64,000 nucleotides of DNA from a virus (taxonomy: Duplodnaviria; Caudoviricetes): positions 22,486 to 86,485 of the IMG/VR virus record IMGVR_UViG_3300037761_000271. One strand, 5' to 3'. A program made the translations under genes and the position numbers. Shown here in pieces: positions 55,790 to 64,000 of this stretch. The notes under the pieces are model-generated. The model saw only the letters and a list, made by a program, of their open reading frames with translations, had not been told where the DNA came from and made no database searches. Within the stretch, counting starts at the first letter, position 1. The number at the start of each line of letters is the position of its first letter.

Positions 55790-55809
55790 GCCGAGGAGGT
55801 GTCGAGCCC

Positions 55810-56499
55810 GTGCCGCTGTCAGTCCCCGACCAGTTCCCCTTCGAGGCGCCGGGCGACCAGCCGCTGCATTCGCTGACTGGTGGGTCGTCCGGCACTGAGC
55901 CGATCCTGGCCGAGGTGCTACAGACCAAGTGGTCGGCGCTGCAAACCACCATCGGCGACCTGGCCGACCGGCTGACCGTGGTGGAGGCGGCATCGGCCGC
56001 GTCCCGGTGGCGGCACATCACCACCGGCAGCCAGACCGGCGGCGCGTCCACCCCGGCGCTGGCGGTCCCGGCCGGGTTCCTGATGCTGCGGCTGTCCGCG
56101 TGGGGGGACATGGCCGACAACCAGGACTTGTTGCTGCGGGTCAACGAGGACTCCGGCAGCAACCACATCTGGGGGCTGAACATCTGGGGGGCCGGGACAG
56201 CTGGTGCCACTACAGATTTTACTCACAGCGGTGGCGGCACCAGCGCGTGGAGGATCGGACGTTGGGCGACAACCGAGTCCAACAACAGTCTGGTCAACAT
56301 CTTCCCCGGTGACGGTGGCCAGAACCCATCCTATCTGTCCTACTCGCACCGGGACTCCACCACCGACACTTCCCATGGCATCCAGCTCGGCAGGGGTAAG
56401 TACCTTGGTGATGTGGTGATATCCAGCCTGAGGATCCTCGCCAATGGCACGACGTTCCAGGATGTCCGCTGGGTTCTTGAAGGGTATCTGTCTGCATAA
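55810..56499 (+). CDS. Tail fibre/minor tail protein
   Basis: Coiled coil then beta-rich domain; RBS GAGGAGG. Confidence 0.6.
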   Translation: MPLSVPDQFPFEAPGDQPLHSLTGGSSGTEPILAEVLQTKWSALQTTIGDLADRLTVVEAASAASRWRHITTGSQTGGASTPALAVPAGFLMLRLSAWGDMADNQDLLLRVNEDSGSNHIWGLNIWGAGTAGATTDFTHSGGGTSAWRIGRWATTESNNSLVNIFPGDGGQNPSYLSYSHRDSTTDTSHGIQLGRGKYLGDVVISSLRILANGTTFQDVRWVLEGYLSA

Positions 56500-56516
56500 T
56501 AGGAGAAAGGGCGAAT

Positions 56517-56843
56517 ATGACCAACCTCATGATTATCCCTGTGCGCAAGTTCATCCAGTACGATGGAACTAACGGAGATGTAATCTTCCAGCTCTTCCAG
56601 GACTCGACCATCCAAAATCCGTCACTGGATCTTGATGATGGGAACACGCTTACGATCGGCTGGGGGTCGACCGACCCAGAGGAGCGTGAAGGCACTACAC
56701 TCCAGAACGGACAATGGATGCAGTATAGCCATAATGAGAACGGACTGCCGCACGTTGGCGCAGCCGCAGTAACCGATCCATTGTTGCAGCCAATCAACTT
56801 TGGGATTGTCATTCGTTCGTCTGGCGTAATCGTCGAACACTGA
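56517..56843 (+). CDS. Hypothetical low-GC tail-region protein
   Basis: RBS AGGAG; visibly AT-richer. Confidence 0.6.
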   Translation: MTNLMIIPVRKFIQYDGTNGDVIFQLFQDSTIQNPSLDLDDGNTLTIGWGSTDPEEREGTTLQNGQWMQYSHNENGLPHVGAAAVTDPLLQPINFGIVIRSSGVIVEH

Positions 56844-59236
56844 TGGCGGCTGTCTGGATGACCGTCGGGAACACTGGTCCGGCCGGGGCAACGTTCGCAT
56901 GCAAGGTGGACGGCGGCGGCCCGGTGCGGGTAGCGGTGGCCGACAACGCCGACATGGCCGGGCCGGTGTTCACCGGCTCGCAGGCGGTCGACGCTCAGGG
57001 CGTCGCGAAGGTATCGATCGCCGGCCTTGCCCCAGGCACCCCGTGGTTCTGGCGGGTCGAGGACAACGGCACCATCGACACGGCCGAGACCGGCCGGTTC
57101 CGAACGCTACCAACAGCTGGGTTACCGGCCAGCTTCACCATTGCGGCCTACGGTGATGCGGGCCTGTCCCCGGTCACCCCCGGCAGCGGCACCAGCTTGG
57201 GCGACAACCTGGTGTCAGACCATGTCGCGTTTGACACCATCCGGCAGGCCGCGCTCGCCGGCGGCTGGCCGCTGGCGGTGAACCTGGGCGACTGGGGATA
57301 CCCCGACTGGGGTGTGACTCTCACCGATACGCTGGCGAACCGGCGCACATTCTGGGATGACAACCTGCTACAGCCCAGGCAGGCGGCGCTGCTGCGGGAC
57401 GTGTCCGGTGTCCTCCTGTGGGATGATCATGACTTTGCCGCGAACAACAGCGACGGAACGTACGCCAACAAGGCCAACGGGCTGACCGTGTACGGGGAGC
57501 GGATGCCCCACCATCCGCTGGCCGGCACCGACGGCATCAACCAGGCGGCACAGATCGGCCGGGGGCTGCTGATCGGCGCCGACGTGCGGTACAACCGCAG
57601 CCCCAACAGCGACCCGGACACCGCGTCGAAGACGATGCTGGGCGCGACCCAGAAGGCGTGGATGGAAGGGCTGCTGACAGCAGCGTCCTCCACGGGGGTC
57701 CGGTACGTGATCTGGCTGATGCCTCAGCAGTGGCTGGGCACCGCCACCGACTCCTGGGCCAGCTTCACCACCGAGCAGGCCGAGCTGGTGCAACTGTTCG
57801 GCGACCACGGGTTCGCCGGGCGGGTGTGGCTGCTGTCCGCCGACTACCACGGTGTGGCACTCGACGACGGCACCAACTCGGCCGGCGGCTTCCCGGTGCT
57901 GCAATGCGCGGCGATCGACGCCACGCCGGGGTTGGGTGGCGGCGGTAGCTACTCCCACGGCAGCTTCGATGGCCGCGACCAGTACGGCACTCTGACGGTG
58001 ACCGACCTAGGGAGCAGCGTCAGCGTGCGGCTGACCGGCTGGCGCGGCACCACTGAGCTGGTCAGCCACCAGTCCGGTTTCGTCCTGTCCACCACGGTCG
58101 CGGTCGCCTCCGGAGCGCTGCGCCGCACCCTGGCCGGCTCCCACCGGCCGCTGCTGGAGGCCCGGGTAGTCACCGGCCATCCCACCGGGGATGACCCGGA
58201 CGGGGAGGAGATCCCCATCCGGGGTGGGGACGTGGTCTACGACGGCACCGCCGAGGTCCGCGCCACCCTCCGCCTGGACACGCTGGGGATCTCGGATGCC
58301 ACCGGGCGAAGCACGTACCCCCGGTTCGCCACCGATCTGCTGTCGCCGGTCCGCGGCGCCGAGATCTTCATCCGCTACGGGCTGGACCTGGGCGGTGCCG
58401 GTGTCCTGTGGACCCCGCTGGGCTACTACCGGATCGAGGACGACGACCAGGGTGAGGCCCCGTACGGCGGGATCGCCCTGGCCGGCAAGGACCGGATGGC
58501 TGCGCTGATCGAAGGCAACCTGCTGTCCCGGCGGCTGTACCCGGCCAGCCGCGCGGTCGGCACCATCGTCGAGGACCTGGTCACCGACATCTACCCCGAT
58601 GCGGTGATCGTGTGGGACGACAGCTCGGACCTGAACCCGCTGGGCCGGGTGCTGGTGGTGGAGGAGTCCCGGTACGAGGCGCTGCGGGATATCGCGGTCA
58701 GCACCGGGAAGCTGATGTACTGGGACGACACCGGGGTGCTGAGGTTCGAGACCCCCCCGGATGAGGACAGCCCGGTGTGGGAGGTCCGCTCCGGCCGGGA
58801 TGGGGTGCTGGTCTCCGCCGCCCGTCGGGTCAGCCGGCAGGATGTGGTCAACGGGTGGGTGGTGGTCGGGCAGGCCGCCGACGATCTGTCCCGGGTCCGC
58901 TCGGTGGCGATCGACAGCAACCCGCAGTCGCCTACCTACTTCTTCGGCGACTTCGGGCAGGTGGTGCGCCGCCACGAGTCGCCGCTGATCTTCAACCAGC
59001 CGCAGGCCGACACCGCCGCGATCGCCCTGCTGCGCCGCAGCCTCGGCGCCCCCCATGAGGTGGAGTTCAGCGCGATCACCAACCCCACGTTGCGGCCGTG
59101 GCAGCCTACCCGCGCCACCTACCGGGATGGCAACCGGGACGTGGTGGTGATGCAGCGGGTCCGTGTGCCGCTGGCCCGTCAGACCATGACCGGCGCCGGG
59201 CGCACCAGGATCCTGGCCGCGATAGGGAGCGTGTGA
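56843..59236 (+). CDS. PhoD-like metallophosphoesterase fused to a tail hub (DUF5047-like) domain
   Basis: GRFRTLP, NLGDWGY, WDDHD, DVRYNRS, MLGATQKAW; C-terminal tail domain. Confidence 0.82.
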   Translation: MAAVWMTVGNTGPAGATFACKVDGGGPVRVAVADNADMAGPVFTGSQAVDAQGVAKVSIAGLAPGTPWFWRVEDNGTIDTAETGRFRTLPTAGLPASFTIAAYGDAGLSPVTPGSGTSLGDNLVSDHVAFDTIRQAALAGGWPLAVNLGDWGYPDWGVTLTDTLANRRTFWDDNLLQPRQAALLRDVSGVLLWDDHDFAANNSDGTYANKANGLTVYGERMPHHPLAGTDGINQAAQIGRGLLIGADVRYNRSPNSDPDTASKTMLGATQKAWMEGLLTAASSTGVRYVIWLMPQQWLGTATDSWASFTTEQAELVQLFGDHGFAGRVWLLSADYHGVALDDGTNSAGGFPVLQCAAIDATPGLGGGGSYSHGSFDGRDQYGTLTVTDLGSSVSVRLTGWRGTTELVSHQSGFVLSTTVAVASGALRRTLAGSHRPLLEARVVTGHPTGDDPDGEEIPIRGGDVVYDGTAEVRATLRLDTLGISDATGRSTYPRFATDLLSPVRGAEIFIRYGLDLGGAGVLWTPLGYYRIEDDDQGEAPYGGIALAGKDRMAALIEGNLLSRRLYPASRAVGTIVEDLVTDIYPDAVIVWDDSSDLNPLGRVLVVEESRYEALRDIAVSTGKLMYWDDTGVLRFETPPDEDSPVWEVRSGRDGVLVSAARRVSRQDVVNGWVVVGQAADDLSRVRSVAIDSNPQSPTYFFGDFGQVVRRHESPLIFNQPQADTAAIALLRRSLGAPHEVEFSAITNPTLRPWQPTRATYRDGNRDVVVMQRVRVPLARQTMTGAGRTRILAAIGSV

Positions 59237-60048
59237 TGACCACCGAACGGCTGGCCCGGGACCTGGCCAGGAAGGTGGCTGCCGCGCCCCAGCCTGTCAC
59301 CGGGTTGGGGCTGCACATGGCCACCCTGCTCACCTGGGACCCGTCCACACTGACCGGCAGCGTCGACCTGGACGGGGACGTGCTGCCGGACCTGCCGGTC
59401 GAGTCGGCGATCGACGCGTTCAGCTGGACGCCGGGTGATACGGTGCTGGTCCACTCCTGGCACCCACCCGACGGTCACCGCCGCCGCGGGTTCGGCTCGT
59501 ACTGGATCCGCAGCCGGGTGTTCCGGCCAGGCGCGGCTAATGCGGCCAAGGTGTTGCAGGCGCTTCAGAACAGCTTCGCCAAGCAGATCGCCGCGGAGAT
59601 CGCCGCCGAGAACATCTTCAGCGCGACCGCTCTTGGCACCGAAACTCGCGCTGACACCGCCGGGTTTGGCACGCTGTCCGGCGGGCCGACATTGACGGTT
59701 TCCGTTGGTAGCACGGGCAAGGTTATTGTACATTTATCGACCTCGATAATCGGTACCGAGGCCGCTGCGGAACCTGGTATCGCCAGAGCCGGTGGTCGGA
59801 TGTCGGTATCGTTGTCCGGGGCCAACACCGCAGCCGGGTCCAGCGATAGGTCGACGGCGATCCTGGGGCAGTTCGCCAGCGCCCCGGGCACTACGGATGT
59901 GATCGAGGTTGGTGGCCGGTTTGGAACGACGTTCGCTCTTGACGGGCTCAATCCCGGAGACACGGTGTTCACCGCTCAGTATGCCCGGCTATTCCCCGGC
60001 ACCACGTGCGACTTCACGGACCGGACGATCGTGGTGCAACGAGCTTGA
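59236..60048 (+). CDS. Minor tail protein
   Basis: Coupled ORF, beta-rich C-terminus. Confidence 0.65.
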   Translation: MTTERLARDLARKVAAAPQPVTGLGLHMATLLTWDPSTLTGSVDLDGDVLPDLPVESAIDAFSWTPGDTVLVHSWHPPDGHRRRGFGSYWIRSRVFRPGAANAAKVLQALQNSFAKQIAAEIAAENIFSATALGTETRADTAGFGTLSGGPTLTVSVGSTGKVIVHLSTSIIGTEAAAEPGIARAGGRMSVSLSGANTAAGSSDRSTAILGQFASAPGTTDVIEVGGRFGTTFALDGLNPGDTVFTAQYARLFPGTTCDFTDRTIVVQRA

Positions 60049-60318
60049 TCGATGGCGGCGTGCTGGGATCAGGTACGGGGTCAGCACAAAACCGGCAGCG
60101 GCCAGGACCGCCGCGCAACCTGCCGGTAGGGTGTCTTCGCTCAGCGCCAGCCCGATCGGCGGAAGCAATGTCGGTAGTGCAGCTACTAATGCTGCCGCTA
60201 CCGCCAGTATCGTGAGTACCGCAATGGTGACCAGCCGAGTGATCGTGTCGTCTTTCATCGGATTGGTGACGGGTCGCATTCGGGCCACGGTGACCGGGGC
60301 TGCGGTAGCGTGCTTCAC
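59989..60318 (-). CDS. Antisense small membrane protein (moron)
   Basis: Two TM segments; upstream CATAAT, 5' hairpin GGCCCCGG..CCGGGGCC (60343-60378), RBS AGGAGG. Confidence 0.6.
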   Translation of the reverse strand: MKHATAAPVTVARMRPVTNPMKDDTITRLVTIAVLTILAVAAALVAALPTLLPPIGLALSEDTLPAGCAAVLAAAGFVLTPYLIPARRHRSSSLHHDRPVREVARGAGE

Positions 60319-60479
60319 AGGGTCCCTCCTATCAGGGATCTAGGCCCCGGTGCTGGCGCTAGCACGCCGCCCGGGGCCGTCTTACACCTATTATGGGTTA
60401 TGTGGGTGACCTGGTCATAGTCAGTGTCGGATGCCCGACCCAGAGTCTGCCCGAACGGCTGACGCTCAGGGGGTGAACG

Positions 60480-61382
60480 ATGCCGACGTACGCCGAGTTG
60501 CAGACCGAGACGTGGTGGGGGCGGGAGATCACCCCCGACCCGCTGCGGGCGCTCGGTGAGCGGCTGTGTCGCGCCTACGGGCGGCCGCTGGCCGCCGCTG
60601 GCACCAAGGGCGACAACCTCCACCTCTCCGGCGCCCACCGCTCCCAGGAGTGGATCCTCAACAGCCGGTACGCCACCAGCCGCAGCTACACCGTCCAGCC
60701 CGGGCTGACCGCGGCCCAGTTGCGGTGCATCTGTGGCCTGGACTTTAACCCGGGCAGCACCGCGCGGATGATCGAGGTGTGCTCCCGGTTGGACCGGGCG
60801 GTCCGCGCCGGCACCCTGGAGGTTGTGCGGGAGTGGTACGGCAACCTCGACGGCGACACGAGGGTGGACGGCTACAACAACATCCTCAACCGGGCGGCCA
60901 CCAGCGACGCCAGCCACCTTTGGCATCTCCATGCCACGCTGGACCGGCGGCAGGTGGCCGACGCCGGGGCGATGCGCCTGGTCGGGGATGTGCTGCTAGG
61001 GCAGACGACAGGAGGGGACATGCTCCCAGAGTTGGGCGACCAGGGGCCGACGGTCGAATACTGGCAGCGGATGCTGCGGATCGCCGGCTACGACCCGGGG
61101 GCCGCCGACGGGGTGTACGGCCCGGCCACCAAGGCGGCCGCCGACAAGTTCCGCGCCGACCACGAGCTCGGCGGGTCCAACTCCATCACCGCCTGGATGG
61201 CGGTGGCCATCCAGGGCGAGGTGTTCGCCGGCAAGGCCGGCCCACCGGGGCCACCCGGACCGGCGGGCGCCGACGGGAAGCCGGGCGCCAAGGGCGACCG
61301 GGGCGAACCCGGCCCGGCCGGACCGGCGGGACCCACCCCCACCGAGGTCACGTTCGCCGGCATCGTCACCAAGACGTCATGA
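60480..61382 (+). CDS. Endolysin (Zn-peptidase-like domain, PG-binding domain, collagen-like tail)
   Basis: GAHRS..GLD..HLWHLH; LGDQGPTV..WQRML..ADGVYGPAT. Confidence 0.8.
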   Translation: MPTYAELQTETWWGREITPDPLRALGERLCRAYGRPLAAAGTKGDNLHLSGAHRSQEWILNSRYATSRSYTVQPGLTAAQLRCICGLDFNPGSTARMIEVCSRLDRAVRAGTLEVVREWYGNLDGDTRVDGYNNILNRAATSDASHLWHLHATLDRRQVADAGAMRLVGDVLLGQTTGGDMLPELGDQGPTVEYWQRMLRIAGYDPGAADGVYGPATKAAADKFRADHELGGSNSITAWMAVAIQGEVFAGKAGPPGPPGPAGADGKPGAKGDRGEPGPAGPAGPTPTEVTFAGIVTKTS

Positions 61383-61403
61383 CCCGGAGAGAGTAGACGC
61401 GAT

Positions 61404-61667
61404 GTGGTTGAGACCGTGGTCGGTCTGGGCGGCGCCGGCGGCCTCCTCGCCGCATTCGGCTACCTCCTCATGGCCAACCGTGGGGATCGGCGCGACTACC
61501 GGCAGGCGGTCGACCAGGAGGAGGCGCGGGCGGAGCGGGCCGAGCAGCGGGTCAGGGACATCAGGGCCAAGCTGGAGGAGCAGCGCACCGCCCGGTACGC
61601 GTGCGAGGAGGCCGCGGCCGGGCTCCGGGCGGAGCTGGCGGCGCTGCGGCGGGACGGTGGCCGGTGA
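61404..61667 (+). CDS. Membrane/coiled-coil lysis-cassette protein
   Basis: N-terminal TM segment plus coiled coil. Confidence 0.65.
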   Translation: MVETVVGLGGAGGLLAAFGYLLMANRGDRRDYRQAVDQEEARAERAEQRVRDIRAKLEEQRTARYACEEAAAGLRAELAALRRDGGR

Positions 61668-62239
61668 GCGCTGAGACACGCCAGCTGGCCCGGGTGAGCG
61701 CCCAGCGGCGGCGCCGGACGGTGGCCTCGGTGGTGGTTGCGGTCGCCGCGTTCGCCGCGCTCGGGTTCTCCGGGTGGCAGTTCGCCGGCCGGGTCAACGA
61801 GCAGGAGCAGCGGGCGGCCGAGGCGCGGGCCGCGGTGGAGCAGCTGTGCACCCAGGTGGAGCAGCTCGGCCGGCGGTGTGTCGTGGACCCGGAGGAGCTG
61901 CGGGGCGAGCCGGGAGCGCCGGGGCTGCCCGGACCGCCGGGGCCGCCGGGGCCTGCCGGTCCGGCGGGTGAGCCCGGCCCGTCCGGGCGCACGGGCCCGG
62001 ACGGTTTGCAGGGGCCGGGCGGGGATCCGGGGGCGGCAGGCCCGGCCGGTGAGATCGGCGAGCCGGGGCTGCCGGGTCCACCGGGTGAGCCGGGGCCGGC
62101 GGGTCCGCAGGGTGAGCCGCCGCTGTCGTGGACGTTCACCATCCAGCGCGGCGGCCAGCTAACCACCCACCGGTGTGTTCGGGACGAGCCATTTGACCCG
62201 GGGGCGCCGAGGTACGAGTGCCAGCCGGTAGAAGAATAG
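61664..62239 (+). CDS. Membrane-anchored collagen-like protein
   Basis: TM segment plus G-x-y repeats. Confidence 0.8.
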   Translation: MSAETRQLARVSAQRRRRTVASVVVAVAAFAALGFSGWQFAGRVNEQEQRAAEARAAVEQLCTQVEQLGRRCVVDPEELRGEPGAPGLPGPPGPPGPAGPAGEPGPSGRTGPDGLQGPGGDPGAAGPAGEIGEPGLPGPPGEPGPAGPQGEPPLSWTFTIQRGGQLTTHRCVRDEPFDPGAPRYECQPVEE

Positions 62240-62243
62240 TGCT

Positions 62244-62762
62244 GTGCAGACCAAACTGAGCCGCAACCGGCAGACCGAGTACGAGATCGCGCGGACTGCA
62301 TGCGACCAGCTCAGCAGTAGTGTCACCATCGCTGGCGACTGCTGGGAGTGGCGGGGCGTACGCACCAATAGGCAGTACGGCCAGGTGTGGGTAGATGGCC
62401 AGTACTGGAGTGTCCATCGCCTAGCGTGGATACTCTTTCATGATCAGGCGATCCCAGATCAGCTCTATATCTGCCACCGGTGCGACAACCCCCCCTGCTG
62501 CAACCCAAGGCACCTGTTCGCCGGAACCCCTGCTGACAACCAGAGAGACCGCGCCAGCAAAGGCAGGGTGACCAATCAGTACACCGGCGTGACGCACTGC
62601 CAGCGGGGGCACCCGTTCGACGCGGCCAACACGTACATGCCTCCGCGCGGTGGACGGGTGTGCCGGAGATGCGTGCAGGCGAGCAGGGACCGGTACATCG
62701 CACGCCAGGCAGTCGTGACGGCCGCCGGCAAGGTGCGGCTGAGCGAGAGGACTAGGGCATGA
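62244..62762 (+). CDS. Free-standing HNH endonuclease
   Basis: [30 protein letters not shown]; THCQRGH..CRRC. Confidence 0.92.
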   Translation: MQTKLSRNRQTEYEIARTACDQLSSSVTIAGDCWEWRGVRTNRQYGQVWVDGQYWSVHRLAWILFHDQAIPDQLYICHRCDNPPCCNPRHLFAGTPADNQRDRASKGRVTNQYTGVTHCQRGHPFDAANTYMPPRGGRVCRRCVQASRDRYIARQAVVTAAGKVRLSERTRA

Positions 62763-62935
62763 GACGGATACGCAAGCTGGTCGCGGCGATCCTGGGCGGG
62801 CTCACCGCCACCGCGGTGGTTGCGGTTGCACGGATGGCCGGGGTGGAGCTGGCGCCGGAGGTGGCCGGGCTGATCGTGCTGGTAGCGGCATCACTGTCGA
62901 CCTACCTGGCGCCGGCCAACGAGGCGCCGACGTGA
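62759..62935 (+). CDS. Holin
   Basis: 58 aa with two TM segments, [17 protein letters not shown] (below the ORF track cutoff). Confidence 0.7.
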   Translation: MRRIRKLVAAILGGLTATAVVAVARMAGVELAPEVAGLIVLVAASLSTYLAPANEAPT

Positions 62936-63198
62936 CTGACCCGGGCTGGTTGACCTGGTTCTGGCTAGCGTGGCTGACCGTGCTCACCGGCGGGTTCGTC
63001 TTCGCCCAGACGGTCGCACTGGTGGACCCCGGCCGGGGTGGCACGCTGAGCGAGTGGACCAGACGGCAGCTCGGGGTGAACCCACCGCGGCCACGGCGGC
63101 GGTGGGCGGTGGCCACGTTCACCACCGTGCTGGTGGTGCTCACGGTGTGGCTGGTGCCTCACATGACCTACTGGCCGTGGCGCTGGTACTGGGAATGA
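62932..63198 (+). CDS. Small Trp-rich membrane protein
   Basis: Two TM segments, GGTLSEW. Confidence 0.65.
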   Translation: MTDPGWLTWFWLAWLTVLTGGFVFAQTVALVDPGRGGTLSEWTRRQLGVNPPRPRRRWAVATFTTVLVVLTVWLVPHMTYWPWRWYWE

Positions 63199-63263
63199 CC
63201 TAGCCGGGCGGCTCCCAGCGTCGGCCGCGCGCGAGATAATAGACCTGAACAGAGGAGAGCATT

Positions 63264-63479
63264 ATGCGTAAGCTGCTCATCATCGTGGCGCTGGTCGCCG
63301 CCGGCGTCGGCGCCGCGGCCAGCCCGGCCCACGCCGACCCGATCACCTGCCCACCCGGCCAGGAGGCCGCAGTCAACCCGTCCGACGGCGGATGGATGTG
63401 CGTCAACAAGGCCGGCAACGGCAACAACAGTGAGGACCCGCGCCCGCCGAACGCCGACAAGGGCGACTTCCGCCCCTGA
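63264..63479 (+). CDS. Small secreted protein
   Basis: Signal peptide ending ASPA-HA; two Cys; own RBS GAGGAG. Confidence 0.75.
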   Translation: MRKLLIIVALVAAGVGAAASPAHADPITCPPGQEAAVNPSDGGWMCVNKAGNGNNSEDPRPPNADKGDFRP

Positions 63480-63561
63480 CCCAACGTTGGTTGGCGGTTG
63501 CGGCCTGACCTATAACCGAACGGCCGTTCCGTTGCACCCTGCGGTGCGCGGCGGAGTGATG

Positions 63562-63595
63562 GGAGCCCTCCCGGGTGACAGCCCGGGAGGGCTCC
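63562..63595. terminator. Hairpin terminator between convergent genes
   Basis: Perfect 14-bp stem GGAGCCCTCCCGGG/CCCGGGAGGGCTCC. Confidence 0.8.
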
Positions 63596-63618
63596 TTCGT
63601 CGTGCCCGGGATTCAGGG

Positions 63619-64000
63619 TCAGCCGGCCGCGTCGCGGCACTGGGCAGCGTTGTCCCGGTAGTCAGATGAGCCGATCTGCTCGGTCAGCTCTTCCACGTCC
63701 GCAGTGATCGTGTTCAGCTTGTCGGTCAGGTCCTCGACCGCTGCAGCGTCGTAGGCCATCCCAGCCTCGATCCCGTCGTAGATCATCATGGGCATTTCGG
63801 CGGCGATGTCGGCGAAGTCGGCGCTGAACCCCATCAGGTCCTCGGCGTTGTCCAGGGCCTCGAGGCAGACGTCCGGGACGTCGGCGACGGTGACCACGGT
63901 CGCAGGTGGGCTGGTGTCGGTGGTGGCCTCGGCGCCCTCGCCGCTGCCGCCGATGCCGATGCCGATGAGCAGGGAGGCCAGGCCGGTGAAGGTGACCACC
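63619..64000 (-). CDS. Membrane-anchored protein, 5'-truncated by window edge
   Basis: TM segment then C..C helical domain. Confidence 0.65.
   Translation of the reverse strand, partial: VVTFTGLASLLIGIGIGGSGEGAEATTDTSPPATVVTVADVPDVCLEALDNAEDLMGFSADFADIAAEMPMMIYDGIEAGMAYDAAAVEDLTDKLNTITADVEELTEQIGSSDYRDNAAQCRDAAG

Noticed and set aside
61900-62120. 9-nt periodic repeats as non-coding RNA
   Set aside because: Explained by collagen G-x-y coding.

Overview
High-GC actinobacterial siphovirus-type (pro)phage segment. The host is probably a sporulating actinomycete such as Micromonosporaceae, inferred from the SsgA/WhiB genes and gene style. Order: recombination/early genes (1-11.7 kb), replication initiator with iterons plus DnaB (11.8-14.5 kb), many small early genes, a tyrosine recombinase, late regulators, HNH-terS-terL, portal, a fused protease-capsid gene, a four-gene glycosylation cassette, head-tail and tail genes, lysis genes and right-hand accessory genes. 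Three tnpB elements are present, with no tnpA. The outstanding feature is an antisense cassette between terL and portal (about 33.9-35.35 kb). It encodes a stand-alone Cas7/RAMP-like protein and a winged-helix/coiled-coil partner, with three arrays of 5-nt units (variable NN + constant GGY). The NN dinucleotides read as codons lacking the third base. One array spells KGGRPALYCS(D/E)TCA. Another matches this phage's own portal gene at 20/26 positions, exactly where the portal has anomalous T-ending codons. A 12-bp tRNA-like acceptor/T-arm minihelix separates arrays 1 and 2. The architecture resembles my recollection of recently reported viral RAMP + GGY/NN repeat (VIPR-type) systems, which I cannot verify here. 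A second notable item is a tnpB element flanked by a 17-bp direct repeat, so its predicted guide matches its own promoter region. No database searches were possible; family names come from motif recognition.
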